A stretch of DNA of 11,225 bases from Naegleria gruberi (lineage: Eukaryota): NCBI GenBank assembly GCA_000004985.1, contig GG739014.1; one strand, given 5' to 3'. Every line of letters begins with the position of its first letter. The first letter of the stretch is position 1. Below are positions 8,257 to 11,225 of this stretch, piece after piece. The notes under the pieces were generated by a model. It did no database searches, was not told the DNA's origin, and worked only from the letters and a program-made list of their open reading frames with translations. A program made the translations under genes and the position numbers.

Positions 8257-9893
8257 NNNNNNNNNNNNNNNNNNNNNNNNNNNNNNNNNNNNNNNNNNNN
8301 NNNNNNNNNNNNNNNNNNNNNNNNNNNNNNNNNNNNNNNNNNNNNNNNNNNNNNNNNNNNNNNNNNNNNNNNNNNNNNNNNNNNNNNNNNNNNNNNNNNN
8401 NNNNNNNNNNNNNNNNNNNNNNNNNNNNNNNNNNNNNNNNNNNNNNNNNNNNNNNNNNNNNNNNNNNNNNNNNNNNNNNNNNNNNNNNNNNNNNNNNNNN
8501 NNNNNNNNNNNNNNNNNNNNNNNNNNNNNNNNNNNNNNNNNNNNNNNNNNNNNNNNNNNNNNNNNNNNNNNNNNNNNNNNNNNNNNNNNNNNNNNNNNNN
8601 NNNNNNNNNNNNNNNNNNNNNNNNNNNNNNNNNNNNNNNNNNNNNNNNNNNNNNNNNNNNNNNNNNNNNNNNNNNNNNNNNNNNNNNNNNNNNNNNNNNN
8701 NNNNNNNNNNNNNNNNNNNNNNNNNNNNNNNNNNNNNNNNNNNNNNNNNNNNNNNNNNNNNNNNNNNNNNNNNNNNNNNNNNNNNNNNNNNNNNNNNNNN
8801 NNNNNNNNNNNNNNNNNNNNNNNNNNNNNNNNNNNNNNNNNNNNNNNNNNNNNNNNNNNNNNNNNNNNNNNNNNNNNNNNNNNNNNNNNNNNNNNNNNNN
8901 NNNNNNNNNNNNNNNNNNNNNNNNNNNNNNNNNNNNNNNNNNNNNNNNNNNNNNNNNNNNNNNNNNNNNNNNNNNNNNNNNNNNNNNNNNNNNNNNNNNN
9001 NNNNNNNNNNNNNNNNNNNNNNNNNNNNNNNNNNNNNNNNNNNNNNNNNNNNNNNNNNNNNNNNNNNNNNNNNNNNNNNNNNNNNNNNNNNNNNNNNNNN
9101 NNNNNNNNNNNNNNNNNNNNNNNNNNNNNNNNNNNNNNNNNNNNNNNNNNNNNNNNNNNNNNNNNNNNNNNNNNNNNNNNNNNNNNNNNNNNNNNNNNNN
9201 NNNNNNNNNNNNNNNNNNNNNNNNNNNNNNNNNNNNNNNNNNNNNNNNNNNNNNNNNNNNNNNNNNNNNNNNNNNNNNNNNNNNNNNNNNNNNNNNNNNN
9301 NNNNNNNNNNNNNNNNNNNNNNNNNNNNNNNNNNNNNNNNNNNNNNNNNNNNNNNNNNNNNNNNNNNNNNNNNNNNNNNNNNNNNNNNNNNNNNNNNNNN
9401 NNNNNNNNNNNNNNNNNNNNNNNNNNNNNNNNNNNNNNNNNNNNNNNNNNNNNNNNNNNNNNNNNNNNNNNNNNNNNNNNNNNNNNNNNNNNNNNNNNNN
9501 NNNNNNNNNNNNNNNNNNNNNNNNNNNNNNNNNNNNNNNNNNNNNNNNNNNNNNNNNNNNNNNNNNNNNNNNNNNNNNNNNNNNNNNNNNNNNNNNNNNN
9601 NNNNNNNNNNNNNNNNNNNNNNNNNNNNNNNNNNNNNNNNNNNNNNNNNNNNNNNNNNNNNNNNNNNNNNNNNNNNNNNNNNNNNNNNNNNNNNNNNNNN
9701 NNNNNNNNNNNNNNNNNNNNNNNNNNNNNNNNNNNNNNNNNNNNNNNNNNNNNNNNNNNNNNNNNNNNNNNNNNNNNNNNNNNNNNNNNNNNNNNNNNNN
9801 NNNNNNNNNNNNNNNNNNNNNNNNNNNNNNNNNNNNNNNNNNNNNNNNNNNNNNNNNNNNNNNNNNNNNNNNNNNNNNNNNNNNNNNNNNNNN
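8257..9893. other. Assembly gap (1637 N) inside the element ORF
   Basis: Run of n. About 545 codons could be hidden here. The reading frame across it is undefined. Confidence 1.
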
Positions 9894-10657
9894 AAGGTCA
9901 AACATCTCGTGTTGAAGCCTTGAGACCATCCCTTCAATTTTGGGCCAATATTGAGAGAAGAGTTTTTCCAATTTCATGGTCTTATGATAAGATTAAAAGA
10001 GGAATTACTCTTATTTGGTCCTTGATTGATAGAAAAGCTTTGAAACGTGATCCAATTTTCTATCATCATATTGAAGGTTTCATTCAGAGAAAAGATCATT
10101 ATGATCCTTTCATTTTCAAACTCACTAGTGCCATGTTAGTCATTGGTTTCAGACTTTTCGCTAGACCAGGTGAATTAGCTAGACTCAAGTGGGGTTATGT
10201 TACAAAGCTTAGAAATGGTAACATCAAATTAGATCTCAGTGGTCACAAAACAGATTTCTTTCTACTAGAAAAGCCGATTACTATTGACAAGCATCTTGAA
10301 AATCCTTCAGTGTGTCCAGTGAAATTGCTTTTTGATTACATGAACACTGTACAGCATTTCAAAAAAGCAGATTCACCATTGTTTTCATTGCAGGACAATA
10401 TTTTCTTCAACACTGAAGATGTTTCTCAACTTATCAAGAATGCTATGTTCTCTGTTGATTCAGAAATCACTGTTTCTGGTCACAGTTTACGTATTGGTGC
10501 AACTACTGAGAGTATTATCAAGGGAATTCCTACTCAGGATATTATTATGGGGACTAGACATAAGGATGTGAAATCTTTACAACCTTATCAAAGACAAGAA
10601 GCTCTTGCAGCTCGCCACTTGTCTACTACTCTCCTTTCTCGGGACAATATCCATTAG
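9894..10657 (+). CDS. C-terminal part of the element ORF: tyrosine recombinase (phage-integrase-fold) catalytic domain, ends at TAG 10655-10657
   Basis: Translation from the gap edge begins GQTSRVEALRPSLQFWANIERR. It continues through LFARPGELARLKWGYV (box-I Arg in the RxxELxxLxW pattern) and LDLSGHKTDFFLL (beta-hairpin Lys). It then reaches VSGHSLRIGATTESIIKGIP (box-II HxLR). It ends with IMGTRHKDVKSLQPYQRQ (conserved His plus the Tyr nucleophile). The full R-K-H-R-H-Y catalytic set is present in canonical order and spacing. Y sits about 25 aa from the C-terminus. Confidence 0.85.
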
Positions 10658-10689
10658 TTTATTTATTGTTGGTTTTCTTTTAAGAAACA

Positions 10690-10793
10690 TGTTCTTATCG
10701 AAGTTTACTGAGATAAAGTAGTGTTTCTTGAAAACAACAATTGAATAAACTAATAATAGAAAGTATGCTCAAAAAAATTGTCATACTATGGTC
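10690..10793 (+). repeat. Right copy of the perfect 104-bp direct repeat; carries AATAAA (10744-10749) 3' of the recombinase stop
   Basis: Identical to 7097-7200 and starts 32 bp after TAG 10655-10657. Its internal ATG (10788) would give only an 11-codon ORF (MVPPLPTLYYY*). Confidence 0.9.
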
Positions 10794-10810
10794 CCACCCT
10801 TGCCCACCCT
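10794..10810 (+). repeat. CCACCCT tgc CCACCCT: GC-rich 7-bp direct doublet abutting the right repeat
   Basis: ccaccct at 10794-10800 and 10804-10810. It is strikingly GC-rich in an AT-rich context and starts exactly at the repeat boundary. Confidence 0.6.
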
Positions 10811-10832
10811 CTATTATTATTAGTTTATTCAA
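10810..10832 (-). repeat. Inverted copy of 20 bp of the 104-bp repeat (pairs with 10741-10760), potential long hairpin across the right element boundary
   Basis: tctattattattagtttattcaa is the reverse complement of ttgaataaactaataataga (10741-10760 in R2; 7148-7167 in R1), with a 3-bp insertion. Confidence 0.6.
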
Positions 10833-10834
10833 AT

Positions 10835-10852
10835 CAAAGGTTCTAACCTTTG
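10835..10852. repeat. Perfect 18-bp palindrome caaaggtt-ct-aacctttg
   Basis: 8-bp arms caaaggtt / aacctttg are exact reverse complements with a 2-nt centre. Confidence 0.7.
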
Positions 10853-11018
10853 TCCTTAATACTTTGGAATGTGATTTTTTAATCAATCCCCAAATATTTT
10901 CTCAATTGATTGAAAGATTTCACTCTATTTGTATTATTGAAAGATGATTGTTATCATCTTTTTATCTTTGTATTATTATTTGATATTTGACATCATTTAT
11001 TGATGTTTTTTATCATGA

Positions 11019-11060
11019 TTGGTGATCTAAAACCAATTGTTGGTGATCTAAAACCGACAG
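11019..11060 (+). repeat. 21-bp tandem repeat x2 (ttggtgatctaaaacc + 5 variable nt)
   Basis: ttggtgatctaaaaccaattg at 11019-11039 and ttggtgatctaaaaccgacag at 11040-11060. The first 16 nt are identical. Confidence 0.7.
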
Positions 11061-11116
11061 ATCAACTTTATGTTGATTAGAAGGTATCTGATACCTTTCC
11101 CTTACTATTAGTAAGG
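11061..11116. repeat. Cluster of short perfect inverted repeats: atcaac-tttat-gttgat (11061-11077), aaggtatc-t-gatacctt (11081-11097), ccttacta-t-tagtaagg (11100-11116)
   Basis: Each pair of arms is an exact reverse complement. The two 17-bp palindromes have 8-bp arms and a single-nt centre and are separated by 2 bp. Confidence 0.7.
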
Positions 11117-11225
11117 CAATATGTACTGAACATACCTCTTTTCTCATTCTCGTTTTGATTCGTAAGTGTCAAGACGGTTGAGTAGGTTTTTTAATTCTTA
11201 ACTTTTTGGTTTTTACCGATTTTTC

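Larger units (their letters stand above)
7097..10793 (+). mobile_element. Putative tyrosine-recombinase-encoding mobile element (Crypton-like DNA element or DIRS/Ngaro-like YR retroelement) bounded by 104-bp direct repeats; interior interrupted by a 1.6-kb assembly gap
   Basis: Identical 104-bp direct repeats flank a single long ORF whose C-terminus is a tyrosine-recombinase catalytic domain. The start codon is inside the left repeat. The stop is 32 bp before the right repeat, which carries AATAAA. The right flank holds an inverted partial copy of the repeat. No flanking target-site duplication is visible. Confidence 0.55.

Noticed and set aside
8065-9977. Minus-strand ORFs 8065-8253, 8234-9937, 8250-9977
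   Set aside because: Antisense to a well-supported coding region and/or composed of N's.
8039-10657. ORF-track 872-aa entry starting at 8039 and the 906-aa entry 7195-9915
   Set aside because: Both are artefacts of reading through the 8257-9893 gap. The real data support a 7195-8256 fragment and a 9894-10657 fragment. The 8039-8256 stretch in the other frame is an overlapping alternative frame with no support.
10794-10810. CCACCCT doublet as a telomere-like repeat
   Set aside because: Only two units, internal to a scaffold and embedded in unique sequence. Better explained as a short binding or recombination motif at the element edge.
10695-10947. 63-aa minus-strand (10695-10886) and 68-aa plus-strand (10741-10947) ORFs over the right repeat
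   Set aside because: Both cross the repeat and palindrome region. The minus one starts at a TTG. I considered only its outer 36 codons in the gene-disruption hypothesis. As stand-alone genes they are unsupported.
1-11225. CRISPR arrays, rRNA or tRNA genes, prokaryotic operon structure
   Set aside because: No regularly spaced repeat-spacer arrays and no recognisable tRNA cloverleaf (GTTCGA-type T-arm with matching acceptor stems) found by eye. Gene structure (intron, TATA, AATAAA, monocistronic spacing) is eukaryotic.

Overview
This is an AT-rich eukaryotic draft-assembly window with two runs of N (874-4933 and 8257-9893), so both large genes are interrupted. Codon usage (ggt/gct/cca/aga/ttg/aag), a 61-nt GTGAGT...CAG intron and A-rich ATG contexts fit a fungus-like lineage, but I cannot name the organism.

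From left to right:
- 195-873 (minus strand): the C-terminal NHL-repeat beta-propeller end of a protein.
- 4934-5301 (minus strand): the ATG-initiated N-terminus of a gene on the same strand, possibly the same large gene; it contains an A14 run inside the coding sequence.
- 5302-6205: a divergent intergenic region with a TATAAATA box.
- 6206-6566 (plus strand): a two-exon gene for a small, very basic, signal-peptide-bearing protein.
- 6647-7093 (minus strand): a convergent ORF of unknown function.
- 7097-10793: the main feature, described below.
- 10794-11116: a right flank unusually rich in short perfect palindromes, a CCACCCT doublet, an inverted copy of 20 bp of the repeat, and a 21-bp tandem repeat.

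The main feature is a ~3.7-kb unit bounded by two perfectly identical 104-bp direct repeats (7097-7200 and 10690-10793). It carries one long ORF, gap-interrupted. The N-terminus is serine-rich and NLS-like. The C-terminus is an unambiguous tyrosine-recombinase catalytic domain with the RxxELxxLxW box, K, HxLR, H and the nucleophile Y. The ORF's ATG lies inside the left repeat copy. The right copy sits 32 bp after the stop and supplies an AATAAA, so the repeat has LTR-like promoter/terminator geometry.

I read this as a tyrosine-recombinase mobile element, either Crypton-like (a DNA element) or DIRS/Ngaro-like (a retroelement). Which one depends on what the 1.6-kb gap hides. The repeat arrangement (simple direct repeats plus a short inverted copy just outside the right repeat) matches neither textbook architecture. 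The minus-strand reading frames are flush at both element junctions, which suggests insertion into a pre-existing ORF.
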